From NCBI GenBank assembly GCA_963667035.1, contig OY762964.1, forward strand, positions 2,656,001-2,720,000: 64,000 bases of DNA, given 5' to 3'. Source of the DNA: Candidatus Cloacimonadales bacterium. GTDB taxonomy: Bacteria; Cloacimonadota; Cloacimonadia; Cloacimonadales; JAFGVF01. The notes under the pieces were generated by a model. It did not search any database. It saw nothing but the letters and a program-made list of their open reading frames with translations, and was not told the origin of the DNA. Position numbers and translations under genes: made by a program. Shown here piece after piece: positions 38,201 through 46,430 of this stretch; the first letter of the stretch is position 1, and every line of letters starts with the position of its first letter.

Positions 38201-39738
38201 AACCAATATGTATTAGGAGCGGAACCAATATATGAATAAGCTCCTTTATTGCCGACTCTTATAAACTGTTCAGCGAAACAAGTACCTACTTCTGCATACT
38301 GACCGGTAACACAGCAGTTACCAATAGCAAATGGATACTTGCCTGTATTCGTCATGCTACTTATATTAGATGTGGAAAAAGAAGGACCTGACCAACTGGT
38401 TGTAGAACCATGTGCTGTGTAATTAATAAAGCCCACTCCACTGTTCATAGTATCATAACAACCGGAATATGATGTAAGATAATCATATACATTTGCATAT
38501 CCGTGGGCAGAATTGAAATACTGATTCATTCCGTATTGTATGGTTGCTTGAGCTACATTGGGATTCCAAGTGCTATCCTCACCGGCTATCAAGGTTACAT
38601 TATCAAGATACGAAGGTGAGGTAAACTGATATTGTTCGTAATAAAGGGTTTTATCTATGATGTTTTGGAGTTCGGTTGTTGTTGTTACTGACCAACGACC
38701 GTAGTATATATCAGGTATATAATCAGAGCCCCCATCATAACAGTAATAGTATAAGTCAGTACCTTTGTTACTATTGGAGCCTGTTCCATATTCTGTAACT
38801 TGAGCAACATCACCTACTATAAGAGCAAATGATGGTGCCGGATTGGTTGGAGTTGCATTATCGTAGTAGCTTTGTAGCCAATTCTTGATTTCTGTAGCAG
38901 AACTACCTATTGTGTCAGTATAATCGGCAATGACTTCAAATCCTTTCTTAGTTTTCCATTCTATGAATTGTTGTAGGGTATTCTCAAACATTCGATTTGC
39001 TACGATAAGGTATTTAATGGGGTATCTTCTCATATCCGGATTAGAAGGATAATCATGATTGGGGTATGTTCGATTTACTCTGTTATAAATAACCTCATAA
39101 TACGGAGAATAAGCTTTATCTTTATTGTATTCTGTTAGAGTCATATTGCTACCGGATAACTCAATATTGAATTCAATGTCATTTATAACTTGTATAGTAT
39201 TGGAAACAGGATTATACTTAACCGGATTGATCACAAGCCGGGCAATTCTGACACCTCTCATTATTCCTACTTCTTCAAGTGAGACAAGTTTTTCAGTATT
39301 ATAGTTGTCATCATTATAAATAGCATTATTAATCTCAAAAGGAATGTCATTAACATCTACATTCTTTGCAATTGACGGTTGAACAGGGTAAAGCTTTTCC
39401 CCTTCAAGCTTTATCTTATTTGTTGTATAACTCTTAATCTTAATTGAATACTTTGCTTCCCAAGGTATTTCAATCAACTTCTTCCTAACTGGTAAACCCG
39501 GATTCCCAACTTTACCATCTATAACAGTATTGGAAATGATAAGTTGTGAGTAATCTCCATTATCGGTTTTCAAATCTGTAACATCAATTTTACTAATCCC
39601 ATAAGTATAGCTAATCTCACTAAGGGAAGAACGCACTAATAGTAAATCTTCATTATCAGTATTAAGTTGGATTGGATTAGCATTAAGTAATGCCGTTAAT
39701 CCTAATAATAGTAGTACTACTAACCCCACTCTTTTCAT
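32218..39738 (-). CDS. Large secreted C25 (gingipain-family, Kgp-like) cysteine protease with propeptide and multiple Ig-like/adhesin domains
   Basis: Signal peptide, propeptide (GNPGLP, GIMRGVR), KYLIV...FIEWKTKKGF, NYTAHGS, IGNCCVTG and LFGDPS. Repeated 'LDFG...TISN.G..L' Ig-like domains. Confidence 0.9.
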   Translation of the reverse strand: MKRVGLVVLLLLGLTALLNANPIQLNTDNEDLLLVRSSLSEISYTYGISKIDVTDLKTDNGDYSQLIISNTVIDGKVGNPGLPVRKKLIEIPWEAKYSIKIKSYTTNKIKLEGEKLYPVQPSIAKNVDVNDIPFEINNAIYNDDNYNTEKLVSLEEVGIMRGVRIARLVINPVKYNPVSNTIQVINDIEFNIELSGSNMTLTEYNKDKAYSPYYEVIYNRVNRTYPNHDYPSNPDMRRYPIKYLIVANRMFENTLQQFIEWKTKKGFEVIADYTDTIGSSATEIKNWLQSYYDNATPTNPAPSFALIVGDVAQVTEYGTGSNSNKGTDLYYYCYDGGSDYIPDIYYGRWSVTTTTELQNIIDKTLYYEQYQFTSPSYLDNVTLIAGEDSTWNPNVAQATIQYGMNQYFNSAHGYANVYDYLTSYSGCYDTMNSGVGFINYTAHGSTTSWSGPSFSTSNISSMTNTGKYPFAIGNCCVTGQYAEVGTCFAEQFIRVGNKGAYSYIGSAPNTYWFEDFYWSVGAFPISGDNNGYVPTYDETSWGAYDGPFMTDYVTTDATKYLGNLAVTEVHAQNFPTHSSDIYYWQAYMLFGDPSIVPYWSQGTVNTYSTNAFIPISANTFTVNAEPGSYVAISQNGELHGAALVGSTGTVDVPIVAFSVTGTADLVITKPQRQPVVTTLPIQPLSGPYISIEDVIVSAGDDNIIASGETVYLTINLENVGTSSASSVVLNVNESDSYISLIDSNQSFGTIASGATVSSSNCIAFNVSPNCPDNHTIVLNTTITGSGETWESTITLMSYAPDLSVSRVIVNDGANGNLDPNESTVLQLSILNSGGADAGSFSFVLNTNYSNISINDDTEVTTVEAGESSTISFPVTVSSLAQIGDNAIFTLTINGTGYSNSDNFTLAIGIVQEDFESGNFDNLTWMMSGEADWTISTSAYEGNYSAQSGTIDHSESSEFSIDVDVTSADNISFYYNVSSESGYDYLRFYIDDVRQGQWAGIASWTQVSYPVTVGNHTFKWAYEKDSSESDGSDCAWVDNIVFPPCQIVVPEPEISVSPTSLDFGNVAIGATNEETFTISNTGTLTLSGSIVTPSGYSVQEITTRSKEHLVTKAKRNTVSYTILSGSSKDFRVIFAPTSSSCYNYDITINSNDLDTSTYLLPVSGCGSTIEASVNPTSMDGSMNIGQTASRNLVLFNSGNLEMTYSVNIVDHTRNSGGPDNYGYTWQDSNEPDGPDFLWITPNTANEIVGLDDDSAGSEIPIGFSFPFYENTYNSLYVNSNGHITFGSGSTSLANVSLPNSSEPNNMIAWFWDDMNPTESNYVGHVYYQNQLVNGMNAFIISFQDYMEYDGTSTPDDCIQAQVILFENGKIRIQYDYVGSSLDLSSETIGIENSDGTDGLTVASGNAGVTITDNYVVEFTNSEAIPEWLAVSPISGLISSNSADTLNVSFDMTGLSEGLYQKDIKIATNDPNNPIITVPVSISVGLSSEPIFSIDTNSIDFGNIIIGNTETETITISNSGGAILSGTIITPYAYVISNHDRDTNILSRKKTKKVSSSDKHYLQTQERNTLNYNVNPGESTSFDVEFTPLNAVAYNGNITITSNDVNNQSNYISVSGYGVTPDIDVTPTSITVDSLIETITNRTFHIANNGNYDLTYNVSLENTTRGAGGPDTFGYSWIDSNEMNGPVYSWIDISTTGTALSLNDDDYTEETLPFSFEFYGNTYNSIYVGSNGLLSFGTGTTNYEDTHIPNSEFPNNIICPLWNDLKPTGTIWGTVYSQTINGNYVVQYENVSHWDSSTPTDPVTFEVVLYPNGSILFQYESVGTQTDHHIGIENYDGTDGLQIAASGYTSNGLAVLIQNSTGNPWISCSSTSGTIAPGAGDDLTVSFDTNNLDYGVYNMNLVITSNDPDESVLTIPCTLNYSSAQVPVISIDNTEFDFGSTPINGNKVRTLTISNQGNNNLIGTLVTPACYSASIVTKQFIRNSLNFDISSGNSVMYEITFSPLGDNIYNGSIVISNNDISNPTLNIPVTGTGYTPADIEINPESLYFSSLTNNIENQSLTITNVGGEDLSYFIAIQANSGVLLDENFDSGLPSDWQIIDGAGTGYTWVNRTDYNSNSIDDTGFMFIDSDQAGAGVNFDDELITPTIPCSGAQSLYLDFDQYYNYYSSGGEEKADVDVWNGTEWVNVLAMSSADYGAWSTPDHQSIDISEYANNSLKVRFRYYDAEYDWFWAMDNVVITATGGVTDWLTIDNGSSVSGTITPRSNYQINIEVNTTGLEVGNYNKNILLTSNDIDESSITIPVTLTVIESQNNPSWNEEVAIYPNNTATVYCEVNIDGIPASTGDEIGAFVDEECRGYGEITLVSRNNAYTTLLIQTSGTSEIVNFQIYDTSSDEIYDIENTVTIVPGVVIGNASQPQILNAITTIPIPQNLTLNIEEDILVLSWTVIPSATGYKVYFSGTEDFIEATYVTVTTNSWSVSVSDKVKYYRVAAVKEEVTKRNNSIFRLRR

Positions 39739-40052
39739 TTAATGTCTCCTTCAATATCATAAATCAGTTTGTAACTTCATTGATGATAGCATTTTGCTAA
39801 TAACTGTTATCAATGCAAGAAAAATATCTTTTCTCCAACTCATTTTGTATCATTAACATGAATATGTGATAGCTCTTTATACTATCATTATATCAGTTTT
39901 AGTAACATAGAGACATTTTATTGTTTTATTTAACTTTGTATTAACGAGATATTAATATGAAGAGTCGGGTAAGAATTATCTTGCCGTGAATCAAACTCAT
40001 AAATTTATTGTTCCTCATTAAAGGGCTTAAATAAAAACAATAAGGAGCATTC

Positions 40053-42368
40053 ATGAAGAAAATAATCCTAATGCTTGCTTTAGCTACATGGGGAATACTA
40101 TACTCAGCTATAGTAAGCGGATATATTTATGATGCGGCAACAGGAGAACCGATTAGATATGCCAATATAATGGTTCGTAAGTCAAGTATGGGAACTCAGA
40201 CTAATAGGCAAGGCTACTTTTCTTTATCCTTTGCCAATAGAGGTAAGAGAGTTTTACAATTCACACAGATTTCTTATAAAACAGTATTACAAGAGATTAA
40301 TATTGATGATAAAGATAAGGATATTGAACTGAGAATTGAGATGGAGAAGAGTTCTGTGAAAGTAGATGGCATTCAAGTTATAGGTGAGATAACAACTGAA
40401 GTTAATACAAGGGAAATAAAGGTTGGTACAATCTTTACTCCGGCCCAAGAGTTGGCATCTTTACCACAAGTAGCTGAATCAGACCTCATGCGTTCATTAA
40501 TGGCATTACCGGGTGTAACTCCGGTATCAGATTTCTCTAATGGAATGTATGTAAGGGGTGGATCACCCGACCAAAATCTTATCAAGCTTGATGACACTGA
40601 TATCTATAATCCCGCTCATTTTGGCGGTGTTTTCAGTACTTTCAATACGGATGCGATAGATACCGTGGAGTTAATGAAGGGAGGATATCCTTCTTATTAT
40701 GGTGGAAGATTATCCTCAGTTCTAAACATTACTAACAGAGATGGTAATCGTAAAGATTTCACAGGAACTTTGAAACTAAGTATGATTAGTGCAAGTACTA
40801 CTTTAGAGGGTCCTTGGAGGATTGGTAAGCTTAAAGGGTCATGGATGGGTTCTTTTAGAAGAACTTATATTGATGCCTTAAAACCTTTCTATGATGAGAT
40901 TCCTGATTACTATTTCTACGATGGACACGGGAAAGTAAACTTTGACTTGAGTAATAGTAATAAAGCTAGTGTTAGTTTCTACAATGGGAAAGATAATCTG
41001 TTAATGGATATCGGTGGAGACTTTCTTATGTCATGGGGTAATTCCGCTTATACGGGACAGTGGACTCATATTTTTAATCCAGGTGTCTTTGGGCATTTTG
41101 TTCTTTCTCATAGTCATTTCGAGTCTTCTATGGACTATTCAGATGACGGTTCCCTCATATTTCTGAGAAGTAATTACATCGATGATGTAACTTTTAGAGC
41201 TAAGATTAGCCACAGATTCAATGATAAAAACACAGCTGATTACGGGTTCGAATCCAAGTTCATGGATATCTTCTTTGTCACTGATTCGGATGAGCAGTAT
41301 GATGAAGATGGTATGCCATATATTGATAGTAAATCTATTACTAATTCAATTTTCTATCATCATAATTATACAACCGATAACTTCTGGACCTTTGAGCCGG
41401 GAATCCGTTTTAATCATTATAGAAATATGGAGATATCACTTCCAAGCTCAAAATCAAGTGATAACTTCAATATCTCACCAAGATTTTCTATACGTAGACA
41501 ACTTGATTTTAACAGCAATGTTTATTTCAGTACGGGACGTTTTTATCAGTATTTGGCTTTAGCATCTGCGGATGAAAGTTCTCCTCTTGATATATGGTTC
41601 CCGATTGACAATACGGTAAAGCCGGCTGTGTCCAATCATTTTATTCTAGGTTACAAACATCAGATTTCCGATTATTTGGCATTTGAATCAGAGGCTTATT
41701 ACAAGACTTATGATAATTTGCTTGAGTATGATATGGCAACCGATGCAACTTGGGATAACACTATCATGACAATGTCCAATGCTTTCCACGAAGGCAATGG
41801 TGAATCGGTTGGAGTTGATTTACAACTAAGAAACGATTGGAATGGTATTCAAGGTTTTGTTGCTTACACTTTTGGAGTTACCAAAAGGAAGATGGATGGC
41901 TACAATAGCAATCCTTATGATGGTTCATTCCGGAAGTATTATCCAAGATATGATAGAACTAATCAGGTTAACTTAGTTGAAAACCTTAATTATACTCAAT
42001 TAACGGGTAAGGAAGTGTGGGGAGCCGAGTTCAAGTTTGGTATGAATCTATCATACTATACAGGTCAGCCATACAGAGAACCTGAAAGAGTTTTCTCTGA
42101 TGGTGAAAACTACTATTTTCTTAACAGCTATGCCGACAAAGTAAGGCTACCCGACTACTTACGTTTGGATTTGAACTTTAAGCTTAAATGGCAAATGAGA
42201 AGATATAGTCTTGAGCCTTATATTGAGATTATTAATGCTACAAATCATGCTAATACTTGGTATAGAATATATACTGCAGAAGAGAATGATGGAATCTTGA
42301 GTGTTGAGCATGAGGATGTCTCAATGTTTCCTTTCCTTCCATTCTTGGGACTTAACATTGAGTTTTAA
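40053..42368 (+). CDS. TonB-dependent receptor with N-terminal carboxypeptidase-regulatory-like domain
   Basis: Motifs SGYIYDAATGEPI, LPGV...YVRGGSPDQNL, KGGYPSYYGGRLSSVL, RLPDYLRLD and C-terminal Phe. Confidence 0.9.
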   Translation: MKKIILMLALATWGILYSAIVSGYIYDAATGEPIRYANIMVRKSSMGTQTNRQGYFSLSFANRGKRVLQFTQISYKTVLQEINIDDKDKDIELRIEMEKSSVKVDGIQVIGEITTEVNTREIKVGTIFTPAQELASLPQVAESDLMRSLMALPGVTPVSDFSNGMYVRGGSPDQNLIKLDDTDIYNPAHFGGVFSTFNTDAIDTVELMKGGYPSYYGGRLSSVLNITNRDGNRKDFTGTLKLSMISASTTLEGPWRIGKLKGSWMGSFRRTYIDALKPFYDEIPDYYFYDGHGKVNFDLSNSNKASVSFYNGKDNLLMDIGGDFLMSWGNSAYTGQWTHIFNPGVFGHFVLSHSHFESSMDYSDDGSLIFLRSNYIDDVTFRAKISHRFNDKNTADYGFESKFMDIFFVTDSDEQYDEDGMPYIDSKSITNSIFYHHNYTTDNFWTFEPGIRFNHYRNMEISLPSSKSSDNFNISPRFSIRRQLDFNSNVYFSTGRFYQYLALASADESSPLDIWFPIDNTVKPAVSNHFILGYKHQISDYLAFESEAYYKTYDNLLEYDMATDATWDNTIMTMSNAFHEGNGESVGVDLQLRNDWNGIQGFVAYTFGVTKRKMDGYNSNPYDGSFRKYYPRYDRTNQVNLVENLNYTQLTGKEVWGAEFKFGMNLSYYTGQPYREPERVFSDGENYYFLNSYADKVRLPDYLRLDLNFKLKWQMRRYSLEPYIEIINATNHANTWYRIYTAEENDGILSVEHEDVSMFPFLPFLGLNIEF

Positions 42369-42378
42369 GGAGATTTGA

Positions 42379-43326
42379 ATGAAAAGAATAATACCAATAT
42401 TGATGTTAGTAGTATTTATAGCAGGTTGTAACCTAACATCAGGAGATAGATGGGGCAATAATACCGTAGTAATTGCCGGAGCCCTTCCTGCAGGTGGATA
42501 TGTTGATGAGATGCATCCGATAGTGATTGGAAAAGCAATTAAAGCTGATGGGGGAGATATCTCCGATTTAGTTTCTGACGATGCTATAGTCAAGTTGATT
42601 AACGTCACTCGTCAGGACACAATTTCTCTGCAATTCTATCTGGGATTTACAGCTGACAATAATGTTAAATACGGATATATAGATGCAGGACTTGAAATGC
42701 TTGTCAATTATGGGGAAACATATAGAATAGAAGCTTCTGTAGACAGTAGTTTTGCTTATGGTGAAACAATAGTTCCTTTAGAAGTATCTGTAAATGTTGA
42801 TGCTCTTGGCAATCAATCGGAAACAAGAGGTTACTCTACGATTTTGAGTGATCCTCTTCCTGAGATTGTTTATGACCAATGCGATGATGATTTTCCTATT
42901 GAGATTACGACAGAAGACAGTCAAACTCAATATGTTAGATATTTACACTATTGTCTCGAAGAGTTTTCTACCGATATTGAATACACTCTCCAAATTTTAG
43001 GTATGGACCATTTGGAAGAAGAGGATGAGGATAACTGGGATCCTGTCATTGGAAGTGGCATTCGAGAGAATAGTTGGACATCGAGATATACTCCCATTAT
43101 GAGTAATGACGGAGAATATATCATCATAGATGATTTCTATGCAAGCGGTTTCAGTTTTTATGGTCGCTATAAGTTCGATATTATCATAATGGATAGAAAC
43201 TACTATATGTATAAAACTGTCCCTGAAGGATTCATTAATGGTGGTATTAACGGTGGAGTGGGATACTTTGGCTCATGTATCGTTAATACATACTACACAA
43301 ATATTGTTAAAGAATACAGCAATTAA
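42379..43326 (+). CDS. Lipoprotein partner of the TonB receptor (DUF4249-like)
   Basis: Lipobox FIAGC, GETYRIE and a C-terminal INGGVGYFGS. Directly follows the receptor. Confidence 0.7.
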   Translation: MKRIIPILMLVVFIAGCNLTSGDRWGNNTVVIAGALPAGGYVDEMHPIVIGKAIKADGGDISDLVSDDAIVKLINVTRQDTISLQFYLGFTADNNVKYGYIDAGLEMLVNYGETYRIEASVDSSFAYGETIVPLEVSVNVDALGNQSETRGYSTILSDPLPEIVYDQCDDDFPIEITTEDSQTQYVRYLHYCLEEFSTDIEYTLQILGMDHLEEEDEDNWDPVIGSGIRENSWTSRYTPIMSNDGEYIIIDDFYASGFSFYGRYKFDIIIMDRNYYMYKTVPEGFINGGINGGVGYFGSCIVNTYYTNIVKEYSN

Positions 43327-43335
43327 TAATTACTA

Positions 43336-43375
43336 TTAATACCCGACTCCGATTAAAATCGGAGTCGGGTATTAA
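43336..43375. terminator. 19-bp perfect inverted repeat (terminator or RNA-stabilising hairpin)
   Basis: TTAATACCCGACTCCGATT-AA-AATCGGAGTCGGGTATTAA. It lacks a good U-tract. Confidence 0.6.
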
Positions 43376-43588
43376 ATCAGAACTCTATTTAAGTATAGGA
43401 TTTTGTATGCATTGACACAGATGATGCAGTTTAACAAATGTACTGCAACTCCCCTTAACTGCTGTAACGACAAAATCATTAGAAGTTTTATTCATGTGCT
43501 CAGCTTGTTTATGAATAGGAGGGAATCTCAAAAACATATAGCTCTTCGAGCTATGTGGAGATACTGCGAACTCTTACTCTCTTCCTAA

Positions 43589-43724
43589 TGTTCTTTTATA
43601 ACACACGGGAATAATGCGAGATTTTCTCGAGACAAGAGCAGGAATTTCTCGGGCAAAGCCCCGAGTGATTCCCGAGAGAGTCCCGGGAGATTCCCGAGTA
43701 AGTCCCGAGAATTATAAAAGAGCA
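43589..43724. repeat. Degenerate 11-bp-period tandem array (copy 2) bounded by a 13-bp imperfect inverted repeat
   Basis: CG/CA cores at 43606, 17, 28, 39, 50, 62, 73, 84, 95 and 43706. Ends are TGTTCTTTTATAA and TTATAAAAGAGCA. Confidence 0.8.
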
Positions 43725-43820
43725 ATGAATAGTAGTATACTTGAGTAAATAGAGGTAATTGCCATTTATTTAAACTTGACAACTAAATAGTTTTTTAAAT
43801 GGTTATGTAGTGAGGTTCTA

Positions 43821-44492
43821 ATGAAATCTAAGAATAAAGAATACTTTGATCGTGTCTTGTTAATTACTAACCAGAAATTGTCTGAAGAAATTTTTAGTAG
43901 CATCGTGAGTGGTACGGGAGCAATATTAACAGTTACTGCCATGGTTCTGTTAATAGTTTATTCTGCCCTCAAAGGTGATGCAAATAGAGTTGTTGCTTTC
44001 TCACTATGGGGATCCTTCCTGTTTCTGGCTCATATGTTTAGTGTATTAAACCATGCTTTAACGCATAGAAAAGCTAAGAAAGTGTTTCGCATTTTCGATA
44101 GCTTTTCCGGTTACTTAGTATTAATAGGAACTATTATTCCACTAACCTTAATAGGATTCAGTTCTACCTATAAATGGGTAGTTGCAGGAATATTCATTGC
44201 CTACGGTTCGTTGGGAATAGTCCTTAAAACAACTCTTCCTAAAAAAGAACAGCTATATACGGTAGTTTTAAATACTTTGATAGTTATAACATTCGGTATT
44301 TTTGCAAAACTGTTCTATAGAGAACTTCCCATACAAGTTATTCACTACTTTCTTTTAAGTATCGCATTCTGTTTGGTAGGACTTGTTTATAGAGTAATGG
44401 CAGGGATTAAGTTCAATCACGGCATCTATCATTTGATGCTGATATTTGCAAATCTATTTCATTACTTTGCCTTTATGAGATATATGCTGTAG
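43821..44492 (+). CDS. Hemolysin-III/PAQR-family membrane protein
   Basis: About 7 TM segments, SEE, S..NH, FRIFD and HGIYHL...HY. Confidence 0.85.
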   Translation: MKSKNKEYFDRVLLITNQKLSEEIFSSIVSGTGAILTVTAMVLLIVYSALKGDANRVVAFSLWGSFLFLAHMFSVLNHALTHRKAKKVFRIFDSFSGYLVLIGTIIPLTLIGFSSTYKWVVAGIFIAYGSLGIVLKTTLPKKEQLYTVVLNTLIVITFGIFAKLFYRELPIQVIHYFLLSIAFCLVGLVYRVMAGIKFNHGIYHLMLIFANLFHYFAFMRYML

Positions 44493-44499
44493 GACGTAA

Positions 44500-45573
44500 A
44501 TGAACAAAAAAAAAGATAAGAAACTGATTTCCCACAAAAAGATAAGAATCAGAAATATTGAAGTTGGGGATTTGAATGATTATGATGATATCACCTTCGT
44601 TAAACAGGTGAAAGGTATAAAAAAGCATTCTGATAAAAATGTATCCAGTAAATCCGACCTTAATCTGAAAACAGGTCGGGTAATAGAAATCCAATCAAAC
44701 CACAAATGCCTTGTAGAATTCGAAGACTGTAGTGTTGAAAGCTGTGTGATTGGTGGAAGATTAAAGCAATACAATTTCTCAACTCATGCTTTAGCTGTTG
44801 TAGGTGACCTTGTGAAAGTCGATATGCTAAAGAATAAGAGTTTGAGAATTGAAGAAATTATACCTCGCAAGAACTGCTTTTCACGTTTTTCAGAGGGAGG
44901 ATTTCAGAAAGAAATACCAATAGCAAGTAATCTGGATTTAATAGTAATAACTACGTCATGGGCATATCCGATGATAAAATACGGTTTGATAGATAGATAT
45001 CTTTGCCTTGCAACTAAATATGAGATTACACCTTTAGTCTGCTTAAATAAAATAGATTTGGCTACAGACATAGATTTCGTAAAAGAAGATGTAGCATATT
45101 ATGAAGAAAGCGGTATCAAAATAATATTGACCTCCTGTGAAACCGGATTGGGTATTGAAGAACTAAAGAACGAATTGGCTGGAAAGATTTCATTGTTTAG
45201 CGGTCAATCCGGAGTGGGTAAAAGTTCTATAATCAATCAATTACATCCCGGGCTTGAACTTAAAACGGCAGAGATTAGCGATTTTAACGAGAAAGGACGA
45301 CATACAACAACAAGCTCCACACTCATTAAATGGAACTTTGGGGGGTATCTTGTTGATACTCCCGGTATTAAAACCGTTACACTTCATAGTACGGATTATG
45401 AAAGCATTCCGAACCTGTTCCCTGGGTTTGATAGATTCAATGATAAATGCCAGTTCAGAAATTGTACACATACCCACGAACAACAATGTGGAGTCAAAGA
45501 GGCGGTAGATGCTCTTGAGATTCCTTTGGAACGCTATGAATCATATCTAAGGTTGTTGGATTCCTTGAAATGA
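44500..45573 (+). CDS. rsgA: Ribosome small subunit-dependent GTPase A
   Basis: Motifs NKID, GQSGVGKSS, GRHTTT, DTPG and CQFRNCTHTHEQQC. Confidence 0.95.
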   Translation: MNKKKDKKLISHKKIRIRNIEVGDLNDYDDITFVKQVKGIKKHSDKNVSSKSDLNLKTGRVIEIQSNHKCLVEFEDCSVESCVIGGRLKQYNFSTHALAVVGDLVKVDMLKNKSLRIEEIIPRKNCFSRFSEGGFQKEIPIASNLDLIVITTSWAYPMIKYGLIDRYLCLATKYEITPLVCLNKIDLATDIDFVKEDVAYYEESGIKIILTSCETGLGIEELKNELAGKISLFSGQSGVGKSSIINQLHPGLELKTAEISDFNEKGRHTTTSSTLIKWNFGGYLVDTPGIKTVTLHSTDYESIPNLFPGFDRFNDKCQFRNCTHTHEQQCGVKEAVDALEIPLERYESYLRLLDSLK

Positions 45574-46430
45574 AAAACATAATCGCCTATATAAATCCTG
45601 AAAGAGGTAACATTCCTGAAGTTAAGAATATGATTATTGCAATGCACAAAAAGCATAAGATTAACTTCTGGTCACTTCCTCAACAGACAAATCTCTTCCC
45701 CGATACAATTAACTCAGCTACAGAAAAGGAATTGAGAAAACTGAAATGCGATTGTATACTCGTATTCGGAGGAGACGGCTCTATACTTCAAGCAAAAGAT
45801 GCTGCTTTAAAATTTAATACGCCTATTCTTGGAGTTAATCTCGGTAAGCTAGGTTTCTTGGCTGAGACAGATATTGCGGATTTAGAAAAATCGATAGATG
45901 AATTAGTTCAAAATAAGTTTCGCATTCAATCCAGAATGTTGATAAGTGCTCAAGTTTGGCGTAAAAAAGAGATGATATTCTCCGCTCTTGCTTTGAACGA
46001 TGCTGTAATCTATAAGTCTGTATCACCAAAGCTTATTGAAGTAAAGATTCTGGATAATAATCGGCATGTTTTGACTTCCAGATGTGATGGTTTTGTTGCT
46101 GCAACTCCAACAGGTTCTACAGCATATTCTCTTGCGGGTGGAGGTCCGATATTGACTCCCGTAATGGATGCTATTGTAATCACTCCATTGAATCCCCATA
46201 TTATGGCAATAAGACCTATTGTTTTTCCCGCTAGAAATAGAATCAACTTTAAGATGATTGATCAAGAACACAGTTCTATGCTTCAAATAGACGGAGTCAA
46301 TACTATTGAATTGATGGAAGGAGATGTTGTTAGGATAAGAGGAGCTCGCAGAAAAGTGAACTTTATAAAGATGTCTAACAGAACCTTCTACCAGATTCTT
46401 AGAAATAAAATGCATATGGGAAGAATATGA
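45570..46430 (+). CDS. nadK: NAD kinase
   Basis: Motifs GGDGS, GVNLGKLGFL, LND and TPTGSTAYSLAGGG. Confidence 0.95.
   Translation: MKNIIAYINPERGNIPEVKNMIIAMHKKHKINFWSLPQQTNLFPDTINSATEKELRKLKCDCILVFGGDGSILQAKDAALKFNTPILGVNLGKLGFLAETDIADLEKSIDELVQNKFRIQSRMLISAQVWRKKEMIFSALALNDAVIYKSVSPKLIEVKILDNNRHVLTSRCDGFVAATPTGSTAYSLAGGGPILTPVMDAIVITPLNPHIMAIRPIVFPARNRINFKMIDQEHSSMLQIDGVNTIELMEGDVVRIRGARRKVNFIKMSNRTFYQILRNKMHMGRI

Noticed and set aside
39860..39895. TGATAG-N9-CTATCA palindrome upstream of the TonB receptor as a Fur box
   Set aside because: It is a poor match to GATAATGATAATCATTATC in very AT-rich DNA, so the support is insufficient.
43585..43782. 65-aa minus-strand ORF (and 43403-43588 on the plus strand)
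   Set aside because: They have non-ATG starts, no RBS and no motif. The minus ORF simply reads through the 11-bp array, whose period is incompatible with a coding repeat.
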